Assembly (NCBI GenBank): GCA_019429225.1
Contig: JAHYJK010000002.1
Coordinates: forward strand, 10,230 to 74,229
Length of the DNA: 64,000 bases
Origin: Anaerolineaceae bacterium
GTDB lineage: Bacteria; Chloroflexota; Anaerolineae; Anaerolineales; Anaerolineaceae
Direction of reading: 5' to 3'
Positions 1 through 9,251 of this stretch are shown in pieces. The notes under the pieces were generated by a model that saw nothing but the letters and a program-made list of their open reading frames with translations, was not told the DNA's origin and searched no databases. The translations under genes were made by a program, and so were the position numbers. Within the stretch, counting starts at the first letter, position 1; every line of letters begins with the position of its first letter.

Positions 1-1670
1 GAAATTTTTGAACCATCCATTGACCATGATGGAGCGCGATCTCGCCATCTTGTATTCGTTAATTCACTAAAAGAATTGGTTGTAAAGTTGTATATGTAAA
101 TATGCAGCAATCTTTCTTTAGTGGTTGGATGGTTACCAGGTCGAAATGAAGAGAAGGCAATTTCATTTCCATCAGGTGACCATACAGGGTCAAAATCACC
201 AGAAGGGTCTAAAGGTATAGATACAGGATAAATTTCGTTATTTGATGACATATCCAGTATAAATAATCTCGCACCTTCATAAGTCTCTTTTTTTGCTTTA
301 CAAGGGGAAATAAAAACTATTTTATTGCCGTCAGGTGACCAATCTGGTTGACAAGCTCCATCTGCTAAATTTGTCAATTTAATTTTATTATTTCCCTCAA
401 TATCCATCATCCAGATTTGCATAACATTATCCTGATAATTTGAAGAATATGCAATAAATCCAGAACCTCCACCGAGAAATGTTGTCTGTTCTGGAGTCGA
501 AATTAGATTTTGGGCAGGATTTTCAGTTACTTTCGAATTTGGTGTCGAAAAAATTTCAACAGTTGGGTTATTATTTTGTGGTTCCAAAACTTGTGCTATT
601 TCTTTATCTTGATTTTTTGGATTACCAATTAGTGAAAAATTCATGAGGTTTCTATTTTGATTTATAAAAAGCAAAACTACAACTAAAGAAAGCAACAGAA
701 GACTTAAGAACCAAATTTTTCTGTTGGTTTTTTTTATTTTTTGATTATCATTTTCATAATATGATTTGATGAGTGGTTGAGAGACCCCTGTTTTTATCGA
801 AATGCTGGAGTGAGATGATGGCGGAGGAGCAATTAATCCGATATTCTTAGAAGAAATTAAGAAATTTCCTTCTGCTAATAGCGCCATATAGAATTCTTCT
901 GCTGTCTGATAGCGATTTTCTGGATCAATTTCCAGGGCGGTTTGTATAATCTTATCCAAGGATTCAGAGATCGTGGAACGATATTTTTTAATCGATGTCA
1001 ATTTTTCTTTGCCTGACATACGATTAAGACTTTCTTCAGGGATCATCCCTGTCAGGGCTGCATATAAAGTTGCACCTAATGAATAAATATCAGTTCGTTC
1101 ATCAGTTGGTCCCCGACCATATTGCTCTGGTGGTGAATATCCTGGAGTCATGGCTCTTGCACCGGTTGCTGTTTGTTGGTTAATATCAAAAACCTTTACC
1201 AGGCCAAAATCAACCAGGATCACATTACCTTCGGGTGTGATACGAATATTGCCAGGTTTGATATCTCGATGAATTACTTTTGGAGACAAGTTATGTAAAT
1301 ACATCAAAGCATCACAAATCATCAAACCAATAATTATTACATCTTTATCTGGTAATTTTTCTTCCCGCTCAATTCTTTCTCTTAAATCTTCACCATCAAT
1401 ATAATCCATAACAAGATATTGACCCTGACCAGGCAAATAGAAATAATCACTAACCCTGGGAAGGTTAGGATGTCGAAGTCCAGCAAGAATAACCGCTTCT
1501 TTCTTGAACTGTGTTGAGTAATTTTCAGTTAAAACGAGATTTTCTTTAATGGCAACAGGGATATGGATATTCTCATCAATAGCCATATATACCGAGCCCA
1601 TTCCCCCATGGCCAAGTATTTTCGTTATTCTGTATCTTTCTTGTATGATACTATCTATTTGAAGTGGCAT
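1..1670 (-). CDS. Ser/Thr protein kinase with one TM helix and C-terminal TolB/PD40-like beta-propeller repeats (C-terminus runs off the window)
   Basis: Own translation of the minus strand from ATG at 1670-1668; absent from the ORF track because the window edge truncates it. Sequence begins MPLQIDSIIQERYRITKILGHGGMGSVY. Hanks motifs HRDIKPGN, VDFGLVK (DFG) and GYSPPEQ. Hydrophobic helix WFLSLLLLSLVVVLLFI. Repeats DWSPDGNKIVF, PVWSPDGNEIAF, PSWSMDGSKI. Confidence 0.85.
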   Translation of the reverse strand, partial: MPLQIDSIIQERYRITKILGHGGMGSVYMAIDENIHIPVAIKENLVLTENYSTQFKKEAVILAGLRHPNLPRVSDYFYLPGQGQYLVMDYIDGEDLRERIEREEKLPDKDVIIIGLMICDALMYLHNLSPKVIHRDIKPGNIRITPEGNVILVDFGLVKVFDINQQTATGARAMTPGYSPPEQYGRGPTDERTDIYSLGATLYAALTGMIPEESLNRMSGKEKLTSIKKYRSTISESLDKIIQTALEIDPENRYQTAEEFYMALLAEGNFLISSKNIGLIAPPPSSHSSISIKTGVSQPLIKSYYENDNQKIKKTNRKIWFLSLLLLSLVVVLLFINQNRNLMNFSLIGNPKNQDKEIAQVLEPQNNNPTVEIFSTPNSKVTENPAQNLISTPEQTTFLGGGSGFIAYSSNYQDNVMQIWMMDIEGNNKIKLTNLADGACQPDWSPDGNKIVFISPCKAKKETYEGARLFILDMSSNNEIYPVSIPLDPSGDFDPVWSPDGNEIAFSSFRPGNHPTTKERLLHIYIYNFTTNSFSELTNTRWRDRAPSWSMDGSKI

Positions 1671-1782
1671 TAAAAGATTTACCTTATCACCGTGGTTTAT
1701 TTGATTATATTGATTTTTGCAGATTTTGCCTTGAGTAAAGTCATCAGGGTATAATATCCCAATCGATTAAGGTAATAATTAA

Positions 1783-2778
1783 ATGTTTAATTTAGATATC
1801 AAAACAGCAGTTCAAACCGCTTTTTTCTTAGCAATATTAGGTATTTTATCAAGTTTGTGGTTAATGGTGAAAAATTACAAACTTGCCCAGAAAATGCCTT
1901 TCTATCAGAAAAAAGTAAAAATGCAATGGAAAGCAGTACGTTTTTTATTTGTTGGTATTGTTTTTGGTATTTCTGCCTTCTTTTTTAATAGGTTTGCTGA
2001 ACCAGCCATTTACTTAATTTTTCCACCGTCACCAACCATAACGCTCACGCCCACAATCACATTGACACCAACCATAACTTTATCACCAACAATTACCCTT
2101 TCTCCAACCGTTACTTATACGCCAGCGATCAGTTCAACACCATCAATCCCAGAGACGATCGAAGCTTTATTTGAAAGCACAGTATTTCCAAATCCTGATG
2201 CTTTATTTAGCCCGATTGTTTTTTCCAAAAGCATTGATGAGAATTTACAACCGGTTAACCCATCTGAGGAATTTGATCATCCAATATCCATTCTGTATGC
2301 TACTTATAGTTATGTGGATATGATCCCGGGTAGTCAGTGGACATCGATTTGGTATCGACTCAGTGATATGGCTATATTATGTTATGAAACTGCTCCTTGG
2401 AACGGTGGAACAGGAGGATATGGTTACACTGAATGTACCCGAGAGGCATCTGAATGGCGACCAGGTTTTTATGAAGTTCAGTTGTTTGTCGGTCCTACCT
2501 GGAAAACTTCAGATCGATTTGCGATTATTGGAAATCCACCAACTAATACACCAACTCAAACTTCAACGGCTACCATTACAAGAACTTATACACCAACTTC
2601 ATCCAGGACACCTTTACCTACATTTACACCAAGTATTACACGAACCCCAACGATTACTTCAACCACCACACGCACTCCCACGATTACAAATTCCCCAACC
2701 AGAACGTTTACTCCTTCTCCAACCCGAACACCAAGACCCACAGATACCAGGTGGCCATCACAGACACCTACACGCTAA
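1783..2778 (+). CDS. Membrane-anchored protein with Pro/Thr-repeat linkers flanking an unassigned ~130-aa globular domain
   Basis: 331-aa ORF. Two N-terminal hydrophobic helices, then (S/T)PTITL x5, a central non-repetitive domain (..ILYATYSYVDMIPGSQWTSIWY..GFYEVQLFVG..), and a C-terminal T/P/R-rich tail. Divergent from the kinase gene. Confidence 0.6.
   Translation: MFNLDIKTAVQTAFFLAILGILSSLWLMVKNYKLAQKMPFYQKKVKMQWKAVRFLFVGIVFGISAFFFNRFAEPAIYLIFPPSPTITLTPTITLTPTITLSPTITLSPTVTYTPAISSTPSIPETIEALFESTVFPNPDALFSPIVFSKSIDENLQPVNPSEEFDHPISILYATYSYVDMIPGSQWTSIWYRLSDMAILCYETAPWNGGTGGYGYTECTREASEWRPGFYEVQLFVGPTWKTSDRFAIIGNPPTNTPTQTSTATITRTYTPTSSRTPLPTFTPSITRTPTITSTTTRTPTITNSPTRTFTPSPTRTPRPTDTRWPSQTPTR
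2029..2118 (+). repeat. 18-nt tandem coding repeat x5 encoding (S/T)PT(I/V)T(L/Y)
   Basis: Read directly: tca cca acc ata acg ctc / acg ccc aca atc aca ttg / aca cca acc ata act tta / tca cca aca att acc ctt / tct cca acc gtt act tat. Confidence 0.9.
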
Positions 2779-2877
2779 GGAAATTTCCTTAATGGAATAA
2801 CCACACCCAAGTATAAATTTTGGGCAACTTTTGTTTATCGGCAGCTTTAATAATTGGGTTGTTGAGAGAATGGACTT

Positions 2878-4545
2878 TTATAGATCGTCTATTTCCTGGT
2901 TTTCCCCAGTATTATCACTTTTGTGGATATCAGTATCGCCCAGAAAAATTGATTGTTCTTTCAATACACTCATTTGATATTTCCGGATATGTGATAGAGC
3001 TCGCTCGATTTGTACTGGAACCCTTCCTTTTTTCTTTAAGTATAAATCTCGGGCACTCCATAATTTCGCATTGTATTCGTGGATTAATTCATTAATAATT
3101 TCCGAATTTGATTTTCCATTTTCGCTTTTATGGATAAATGAAATTATTGGTGTAATCTGGATATTCTTTGCTAGATTCTGTTTTCTATTTTGGTTAAAAA
3201 TCCCTGCAAGCACTTTTGGGTTAAGTTTTAGGGCATTTTCGCTGGAAATTTTCCAGGCTTTAATGTATTGTTCGGGGACGATTTTGGAAGATGAATGCCA
3301 GGTGCCGACATTAATCCATTCGAGCCTCATTCCGTATTTTTGGGCTTTGCTTTGAAACGAGCTGGTTAGATTTTCATAAAATAAATTCGATAATTCAGTC
3401 CGAGGGATGAGTTCTGGAATATTGCCACCTTTGTTGATAAATAGTCTGGAGAACCTTTTATTCTTTTCATGTGTCTTTTTATAGTAAATGGGTTTGTGAT
3501 CTGGAGAACCAATTTTTAGTTTTCTAATAAAAACACGATTAACTTTGTATCTTCTTGTATGAGCCCAATTTTTTCTAATTTTCTTTGCAATCTTTTTTTG
3601 GTTTTGTAACAGTAAATTAATTTCTGGTGCACCGGCAGAAGATAATAACTCGCTCAATAAGTGATGATTTATGTAATTTGTTAATTCAGTTCTTACCATA
3701 TCTATTAATGAGGTGGTCCAGGGACCTGGTCCTTGCTGATAAACCAACCAATAAATTGATTCTTCATTAAATGGATACGGTTTGGTGATTGACATCTGGT
3801 TCGAATTCCGGAAAACACTGAAGATTAATCGGATATCTTTAATTTCTATTGAGATTCCATCCAGAGTTCTTGCTGATATATCCAATTTGGCTGTCTGATC
3901 TCTTAAGTCAATTATTTTACGAATTCTTTCGAAGCTTTCCAACTCAATTGGTTTTTCTATCGTCGGACCAACAATTCTTGGTGATCCATTATTTTTTTCA
4001 AACACAACAGCATTTTCAAGATTGATCAGTACTTTCCCTGGGCCGCCAATTCTATATATTGGTGATATTTGATCCTCAGATCTGACCTGGGCATTTTCAA
4101 TGTGAATTTGATAATAAACTGGGAATGAAAATGCAGATTGCTTCACGTATCTTTCTGATATTGTTATATCTTTTATGTCAAAAATATCTGCCAGATAGAT
4201 TGATGCCAAATTCGCTGCAATATGATAACCCATAAAAATTGAGAACATTACAAGTAATACGTCCCAGGCCAGGAAAAGTTCGATGATATTTACTACTGTA
4301 GATACAATGGGGTAAGGAATTGCTAATAAAAAATCAAGCCAAGGATAATCTATCTCTCCTGGTTGATGAAATGTAAAAGCACAAATCAACCATGTGAGAA
4401 TAAAAAGTATCTGTAGAAAAAAAGATCGAATATTACCTGCTTTTGAACTGGTGGAAAAAATTGAGTTGATCAATGAATCCACATAATTTATAAAAAAGTT
4501 TGAAGTTCTTTCAAAATCCTTATCAAGATGTGAATTCTGATTCAT
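2878..4545 (-). CDS. Hypothetical polytopic membrane protein B with divergent SPFH/band-7-like core and a basic K/R-rich region
   Basis: Long ORF 2878..4572. The preferred start is ATG at 4545-4543, which forms an ATGA overlap with the upstream stop (4544-4542). About 4 hydrophobic helices, then IGGPGKVLINLENAVVFE...IIDLRDQTAKLDISARTLDGISIEIKDIRLIFSV. K/R-rich stretch QKKIAKKIRKNWAHTRRYKVNRVFIRKLK. Confidence 0.6.
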   Translation of the reverse strand: MNQNSHLDKDFERTSNFFINYVDSLINSIFSTSSKAGNIRSFFLQILFILTWLICAFTFHQPGEIDYPWLDFLLAIPYPIVSTVVNIIELFLAWDVLLVMFSIFMGYHIAANLASIYLADIFDIKDITISERYVKQSAFSFPVYYQIHIENAQVRSEDQISPIYRIGGPGKVLINLENAVVFEKNNGSPRIVGPTIEKPIELESFERIRKIIDLRDQTAKLDISARTLDGISIEIKDIRLIFSVFRNSNQMSITKPYPFNEESIYWLVYQQGPGPWTTSLIDMVRTELTNYINHHLLSELLSSAGAPEINLLLQNQKKIAKKIRKNWAHTRRYKVNRVFIRKLKIGSPDHKPIYYKKTHEKNKRFSRLFINKGGNIPELIPRTELSNLFYENLTSSFQSKAQKYGMRLEWINVGTWHSSSKIVPEQYIKAWKISSENALKLNPKVLAGIFNQNRKQNLAKNIQITPIISFIHKSENGKSNSEIINELIHEYNAKLWSARDLYLKKKGRVPVQIERALSHIRKYQMSVLKEQSIFLGDTDIHKSDNTGENQEIDDL

Positions 4546-5915
4546 GAAAGATCTCCTTGAGATCTTACCCATTCGATTAGTTCTGAAATATCCTTATATT
4601 CACTACCTAATAAGGAGGATAACTCTGGATCTTGAGAGATTGTATCCAGATTTCCCTTTAAAAGAGAGGTTAATAATTCTTTTGGAGATAAATCAATTGT
4701 TCCTGGATATGAACCCAGGTGTTTTGATGTCCCATATGCGTAATCCATTAATGCCTGGTCTTGACCAGAAAGTGATTGGATAGCTTGTTCATGCTCTACA
4801 ATTTTTTTCTCATTGTTTGCTACATCCAACCATGATGTTCTCCACCGGGTATGTAATTCCTCTTCAATTTGGGCTGGAAATCGCAAGTTTGTTATCGATA
4901 AATCTATAAACTTAATACCTCTTTTTGTTAATAAATCAAATTCTTTACTGAACACGGTTTCATTTAATTCTTTCCCATAACTATCAATTTGATAATAATG
5001 GGATTGAGTGAGTCTTTGATTTATTTGATTAGAAATTAAATCTATCAGGTTGATATCTGATCTCGATAAAGGAAAAATTTCGTTCAGAGTATATTTTGAA
5101 ATGTACTCGCGAAGTATATCAATTGTTAGATTGACAGGGTACCATTTCCAACTTGTTATTCTGTCAGGATTATCTTCTGGTTTTTCAAAGTTTATGCTTT
5201 GTCCAATGACCGCTTTTTCTACTGATATGGGATTGTATCCGTATGCTGAATTACCTTCACCTGGTTTTGAATCCAATTTGAAACGTACTGACACATTGAC
5301 ACAAACTTGAATGCCATCTCTTGTTACGGCAAGTGTTTCGTTTCTTCTGGCCATTCTTGCTTCATATGAAGCATTTGATTCGCCTTTTTGATGGGGAGCA
5401 AATGGATCTTCTTCTTGTCTTGGTCCAACGTTTTGGGATTGAATATGTAAATCGACAATTCCTGCAATAAGATCATTTCGCTCTGTAAATGCTATACCAG
5501 GACCTATGGCTCCTTTGTATTTTACGGGTGTTCTTAATACCGCAGCACTGGCTGTATCTAAAATGATCACTCCGGGGCCATTCTTAGATCGATCAATTCT
5601 TCTTTCTCTTAGTTCACCATTTTCAACAAAAAAAGCAGGTCCGTGATCTCCGAGGAGATATAAGATCAATCGTTGAACTGCTTTTATTCTTTCAGGAAGA
5701 TTTAAAACCGGCAATATAAATTGTCCGAAGAATATTAAAAAAATGAAGAAACTAAAGAAAAATATCAACAATACTAAAATTCCAAATCCAAAATTGGATT
5801 GGAGGTCACCATTTATACTAATTCCGGCAAACATTATTAGAATATAAAATAATAAATAAATAAATATTTTGTTGTAATGTTTATTAATAGAGGTTTTTTT
5901 ATGTTTGGAGGCCAT
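4542..5915 (-). CDS. Hypothetical membrane protein A with divergent SPFH/band-7-like core
   Basis: 457-aa ORF. Two N-terminal hydrophobic helices, then NGPGVIILDTASAAVLRT...IVDLHIQSQNV...LAVTRDGIQVCVNVSVRFKL, the same pattern as in protein B. No catalytic or nucleotide-binding motif seen. Confidence 0.6.
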   Translation of the reverse strand: MASKHKKTSINKHYNKIFIYLLFYILIMFAGISINGDLQSNFGFGILVLLIFFFSFFIFLIFFGQFILPVLNLPERIKAVQRLILYLLGDHGPAFFVENGELRERRIDRSKNGPGVIILDTASAAVLRTPVKYKGAIGPGIAFTERNDLIAGIVDLHIQSQNVGPRQEEDPFAPHQKGESNASYEARMARRNETLAVTRDGIQVCVNVSVRFKLDSKPGEGNSAYGYNPISVEKAVIGQSINFEKPEDNPDRITSWKWYPVNLTIDILREYISKYTLNEIFPLSRSDINLIDLISNQINQRLTQSHYYQIDSYGKELNETVFSKEFDLLTKRGIKFIDLSITNLRFPAQIEEELHTRWRTSWLDVANNEKKIVEHEQAIQSLSGQDQALMDYAYGTSKHLGSYPGTIDLSPKELLTSLLKGNLDTISQDPELSSLLGSEYKDISELIEWVRSQGDLS

Positions 5916-5937
5916 TTCTAATATTCTATACTATTTT

Positions 5938-5966
5938 TTGACAATCGAGAAAAAATAAACTATGTT
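5938..5966 (+). promoter_or_regulatory. Candidate sigma70-type promoter for the proline dehydrogenase gene
   Basis: TTGACA (5938-5943), 17-nt spacer, TATGTT (5961-5966). Confidence 0.35.
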
Positions 5967-6019
5967 CTCTCCAAATGTAGTAAGATAAAATCTAATAAAA
6001 ATGAGCACACGAGGTGGTA

Positions 6020-6976
6020 ATGTTTAGAGCATTTTTCATTTTTCTATCAAAGGCTTATTGGGCACAAAAATTAATCATGAATTGGAAATTTGCCTGGCGT
6101 GTTGCCTCAAGATTTATTGCTGGTATCAATATTGTCGATGTAATTAAAGTGGTTAAGAATTTAAATGATCAAGGATTAAATGTTACAGTAGATCATTTGG
6201 GCGAGAATGCATTAACTGTTGAGGACACATTAGCAGCTACAAAGGAAGTGATTGATTTACTAGAAGCAATTAATAGTCATGATGTTCATGCGAACGTTTC
6301 AATTAAATTAACTCAATTCGGGTTGAATATTGACAAAGAGTTATGTAAAAACAACCTTCAAAATATTTTTGAACAAGCTAAAAATATGGAGAATTTTATA
6401 CGAATCGATATGGAAGATAGCTCTATAACCCAAGAAACATTAGATTTGGTCTATTGGTTTAAGACTACATATCCTGGAATTGGCACGGTCATTCAAAGTT
6501 ACTTGTATCGAAGCGAAAAAGATGTCATGAATTTAACAAACGAATGTATTCCTATTCGAATGGTCAAAGGGGCATACAAAGAGCCTGCACTAGTAGCCTT
6601 TCCAAAAAAGAAAGATGTTGATGATAACTTTGATCTCTTAACAAAAATTTGTCTGGATAAAATTAGTTATTGTGATTATCCTGAAATTAGTGAAAATGGT
6701 AGATTTCCCCCAATAATTGCTATTGCCTCTCACGATGAATCGCGGATTGAAAATGCTATTCATTATGCAAATACGAAGGAGCTTTCCAAAAGGACATATG
6801 AAATTCAAATGCTTTATGGAATTCGTCGAGATTTACAAAAGAAGTATTCGGAGCAAGGCTATCCTGTTCGTGTCTATGTTCCTTATGGAACACATTGGTA
6901 TCCTTATTTTATGAGAAGGTTGGCAGAGCGTCCGGCTAACGTCTGGTTTTTCTTTTCAAATTTATTCAGGAAGTGA
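6020..6976 (+). CDS. Proline dehydrogenase (monofunctional PutA-like)
   Basis: ORF 6014..6976. ATG at 6020 is preceded by GAGGTGG. C-terminal signature YGIRRDLQKKYSEQGYPVRVYVPYGTHWYPYFMRRLAERPANVWFF is typical of the proline dehydrogenase family. Confidence 0.75.
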   Translation: MFRAFFIFLSKAYWAQKLIMNWKFAWRVASRFIAGINIVDVIKVVKNLNDQGLNVTVDHLGENALTVEDTLAATKEVIDLLEAINSHDVHANVSIKLTQFGLNIDKELCKNNLQNIFEQAKNMENFIRIDMEDSSITQETLDLVYWFKTTYPGIGTVIQSYLYRSEKDVMNLTNECIPIRMVKGAYKEPALVAFPKKKDVDDNFDLLTKICLDKISYCDYPEISENGRFPPIIAIASHDESRIENAIHYANTKELSKRTYEIQMLYGIRRDLQKKYSEQGYPVRVYVPYGTHWYPYFMRRLAERPANVWFFFSNLFRK

Positions 6977-7111
6977 GAATCAGCAGTTTATCGAATTTAT
7001 TGTTCACAAATGCTGGTATGATACTAGATTGATTAGTAAGATGATTGGAAACCAATCCGCTTGTCAATTTGGGATACTGACAAATATAGAAAATATTTTG
7101 AGAGTTAGATT

Positions 7112-7996
7112 TTGGAAGAATATAAAGTTTACAAAGAAATCAGAGAATGTATCAAAATAAGATCAATCCTTTTCTCTGTAATTGGCTATGCAATCGGAGC
7201 AGGATTAGTTTCCTATATTGGAAGAGTGATCAACCCCCAAATTTTTTGGTTAGGGTTGGTTATTGTGATACTTTTTAGCCTTTGTACAGATACATTATTC
7301 TGTTTTTTCAATTTAAGTGAGTTTTACAATAAGAAGAGTTCATCAAAATTACCTCTTCTCAGGAACAGCTTCCTTATTTTGTCTTTATCTTTATTGACAA
7401 TCGGTGCCATCCTATCTGTATTGTTATATTCAACGACAGAATTAAATTTTGTACTATGGGTGTTTTTAGGGCTTTTCTTCATAATACTTGTTGTATCTGT
7501 AATTCCACCCTTCTTTTTAAATAAAAAAGGATATCGAGGTTTTTTTAACACAATCAGTGTAGTTGCCTTAGCTCCTTCATTCGCATGTATATTGCAGATA
7601 AATGAACTTCACAGAACATTGTTTTTAATCACTTTTCCTGCTTTTTTTCTCTTACTGGCTTATTTTCTGGCTCAATCCTTGGAAAATTATTTTGAAGATA
7701 TTAAGAATCAAAATCATACCCTTATGACTGTGTTGGGCTGGAAATTAGGCATGCGAATCCACAATTATTTTATATTATTGACTTATCTTCTATATGGCTT
7801 AGGTTCTTTATTTGGTTTGTCTGGAATTTTAACATTGCCAGCCTGGTTCTCACTTCCAATAGCTGGTATACAATTTTGGGAAATGTGGCGAATTGGAGAA
7901 GGATACAAACCCAGGTGGAAATTATTAAAACTATCTTCTTTGGGTTCAATCAGTGTTTTAGCATATTTTTTAATTTTTATATTATGGTTGAGGTAA
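7112..7996 (+). CDS. Polytopic membrane protein, UbiA-prenyltransferase-like topology with degenerate Asp-rich motifs
   Basis: 294 aa with about 8-9 hydrophobic helices. The segment YFEDIKNQNHTLMTVLGWKLG resembles the second UbiA motif region. No NxxxDxxxD first motif (compare NQYIDRKID in the CtaB domain at 19573..21348). TTG start. Confidence 0.4.
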   Translation: MEEYKVYKEIRECIKIRSILFSVIGYAIGAGLVSYIGRVINPQIFWLGLVIVILFSLCTDTLFCFFNLSEFYNKKSSSKLPLLRNSFLILSLSLLTIGAILSVLLYSTTELNFVLWVFLGLFFIILVVSVIPPFFLNKKGYRGFFNTISVVALAPSFACILQINELHRTLFLITFPAFFLLLAYFLAQSLENYFEDIKNQNHTLMTVLGWKLGMRIHNYFILLTYLLYGLGSLFGLSGILTLPAWFSLPIAGIQFWEMWRIGEGYKPRWKLLKLSSLGSISVLAYFLIFILWLR

Positions 7997-7999
7997 AAA

Positions 8000-9241
8000 A
8001 TGCCCGAATTTTTAGAATTATTAACACCTGACGAAGGAATTAGTAGATTACAACAACACATTGAATTTGTTGAGTTTCGCTCTGAAAATATCAGAACAGA
8101 AAAAGGATTAAACAGAGTTATAGCAAGAAATATCAATTCAGATGAAGATATTCCAGCATTTACCAGAAGTACAGTCGATGGTTTTGCTGTGAAAAGTAAA
8201 GACACGTTTGGTGCTTCGGATGTTTTGCCAGCGTTTTTTGAAGTGGCTGGAGAAATTCAAATGGGAAAACCCGCCAATCTCCAAATTAACAAAGGACAAG
8301 CTTGTTTAATCCATACAGGTGGCATGTTACCCGTCGGTGCAGATGCTGTGGTAATGGTTGAAAACACTCAATATTCCAATTCTAAAGAGATTGAAGTTTA
8401 CAAAGCTGTTCCGGCTGGCGAGAATGTAATTTTAAAAGGTGAAGACGTGACGATTGGAGATGTTGTAGTTCGGAAGGGAACCAAAGTTCGAGCAAGTGAG
8501 ATTGGTGCTCTCATGGCACTTGGTATTACTGAAATCGAGGTTTATGACTTACCAAAAGTTGGTATCTTGTCGACTGGTGATGAAATTATCCCACCTCATA
8601 AAAAACCAGACCTCGGTCAAATCAGGGATATTAATTCGTATTCTCTTGGTGTGATTGTGGAAAAATTTGGAGGAATTCCGAAATGCTATCCAATTATCCA
8701 AGATGATAAATCCAAATTACTCAATAGTCTCAGACAAGCGCATGACGAAAATGATCTGGTTATCGTTACAGCTGGTTCTTCTGCAAGTGTTCGTGACTTG
8801 ACTGCTGATGCAATCAATGAATTAGGAACTCCAGGTGTGCTAGTGCATGGAATCAATGTGCGGCCGGGAAAACCGACAATATTAGCGTTTGCTAATGGTA
8901 AACCAATCATTGGTTTACCAGGAAATCCCGTGAGTGCATTTGTCATTGCTCATCTACTTTTACGAAGGATCATGCCAAAAATGCGCGGAGAGTTAAGAAC
9001 AATTGAAACACAAACAATGAAAGGAAAGGTAACTATAAATATATCATCTGCAGCAGGCAGAGAAGATTGGATGCCTGTCAGATTGCTTGAGGAAGAAAAT
9101 AATGGATTGAAATTAGTTGAACCGATATTTTACAAAAGTAATTTAATATTTTCTCTTATTGACGCAATTGGCCTGGCAAGAATTGCACCTGAAGTAACAG
9201 GGCTTGAAGCAAATTCTGAAGTTGAAATTCTCTTAATCTAA
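8000..9241 (+). CDS. moeA: Molybdopterin molybdotransferase MoeA (paralogue 1)
   Basis: 413 aa. IPAFTRSTVDGFAV, GGMLPVGADAVVMVE, LSTGDE, VTAGSSASVRDL and GLPGNPVSAF are typical MoeA blocks. RBS GAGG upstream. Confidence 0.85.
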   Translation: MPEFLELLTPDEGISRLQQHIEFVEFRSENIRTEKGLNRVIARNINSDEDIPAFTRSTVDGFAVKSKDTFGASDVLPAFFEVAGEIQMGKPANLQINKGQACLIHTGGMLPVGADAVVMVENTQYSNSKEIEVYKAVPAGENVILKGEDVTIGDVVVRKGTKVRASEIGALMALGITEIEVYDLPKVGILSTGDEIIPPHKKPDLGQIRDINSYSLGVIVEKFGGIPKCYPIIQDDKSKLLNSLRQAHDENDLVIVTAGSSASVRDLTADAINELGTPGVLVHGINVRPGKPTILAFANGKPIIGLPGNPVSAFVIAHLLLRRIMPKMRGELRTIETQTMKGKVTINISSAAGREDWMPVRLLEEENNGLKLVEPIFYKSNLIFSLIDAIGLARIAPEVTGLEANSEVEILLI

Positions 9242-9251
9242 GGATTACCAC

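Noticed and set aside
2776-2791. Perfect 16-bp palindrome TAAGGAAATTTCCTTA overlapping the stop codon of the PT-repeat gene, in the convergent gap.
   Set aside because: It has no loop and no flanking T-tract, so it is not a credible intrinsic terminator. It could be a protein-binding site, but a single AT-rich 16-mer palindrome is weak evidence.
2363-2800. 145-aa plus-strand ORF in an alternative frame of the PT-repeat gene.
   Set aside because: It lies entirely inside the 331-aa ORF. Its sequence is a low-complexity H/L/Q/P read-through of the repeat DNA with no RBS, so it is an alternative-frame artefact.
6977-7111. Possible Moco riboswitch or other leader upstream of the UbiA-like/moeA genes.
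   Set aside because: I could not find the conserved Moco-motif elements. Only short AT-rich hairpins are present (gattggaaaccaatc; ttgtca..tgacaa). This is not supportable without a covariance-model scan.
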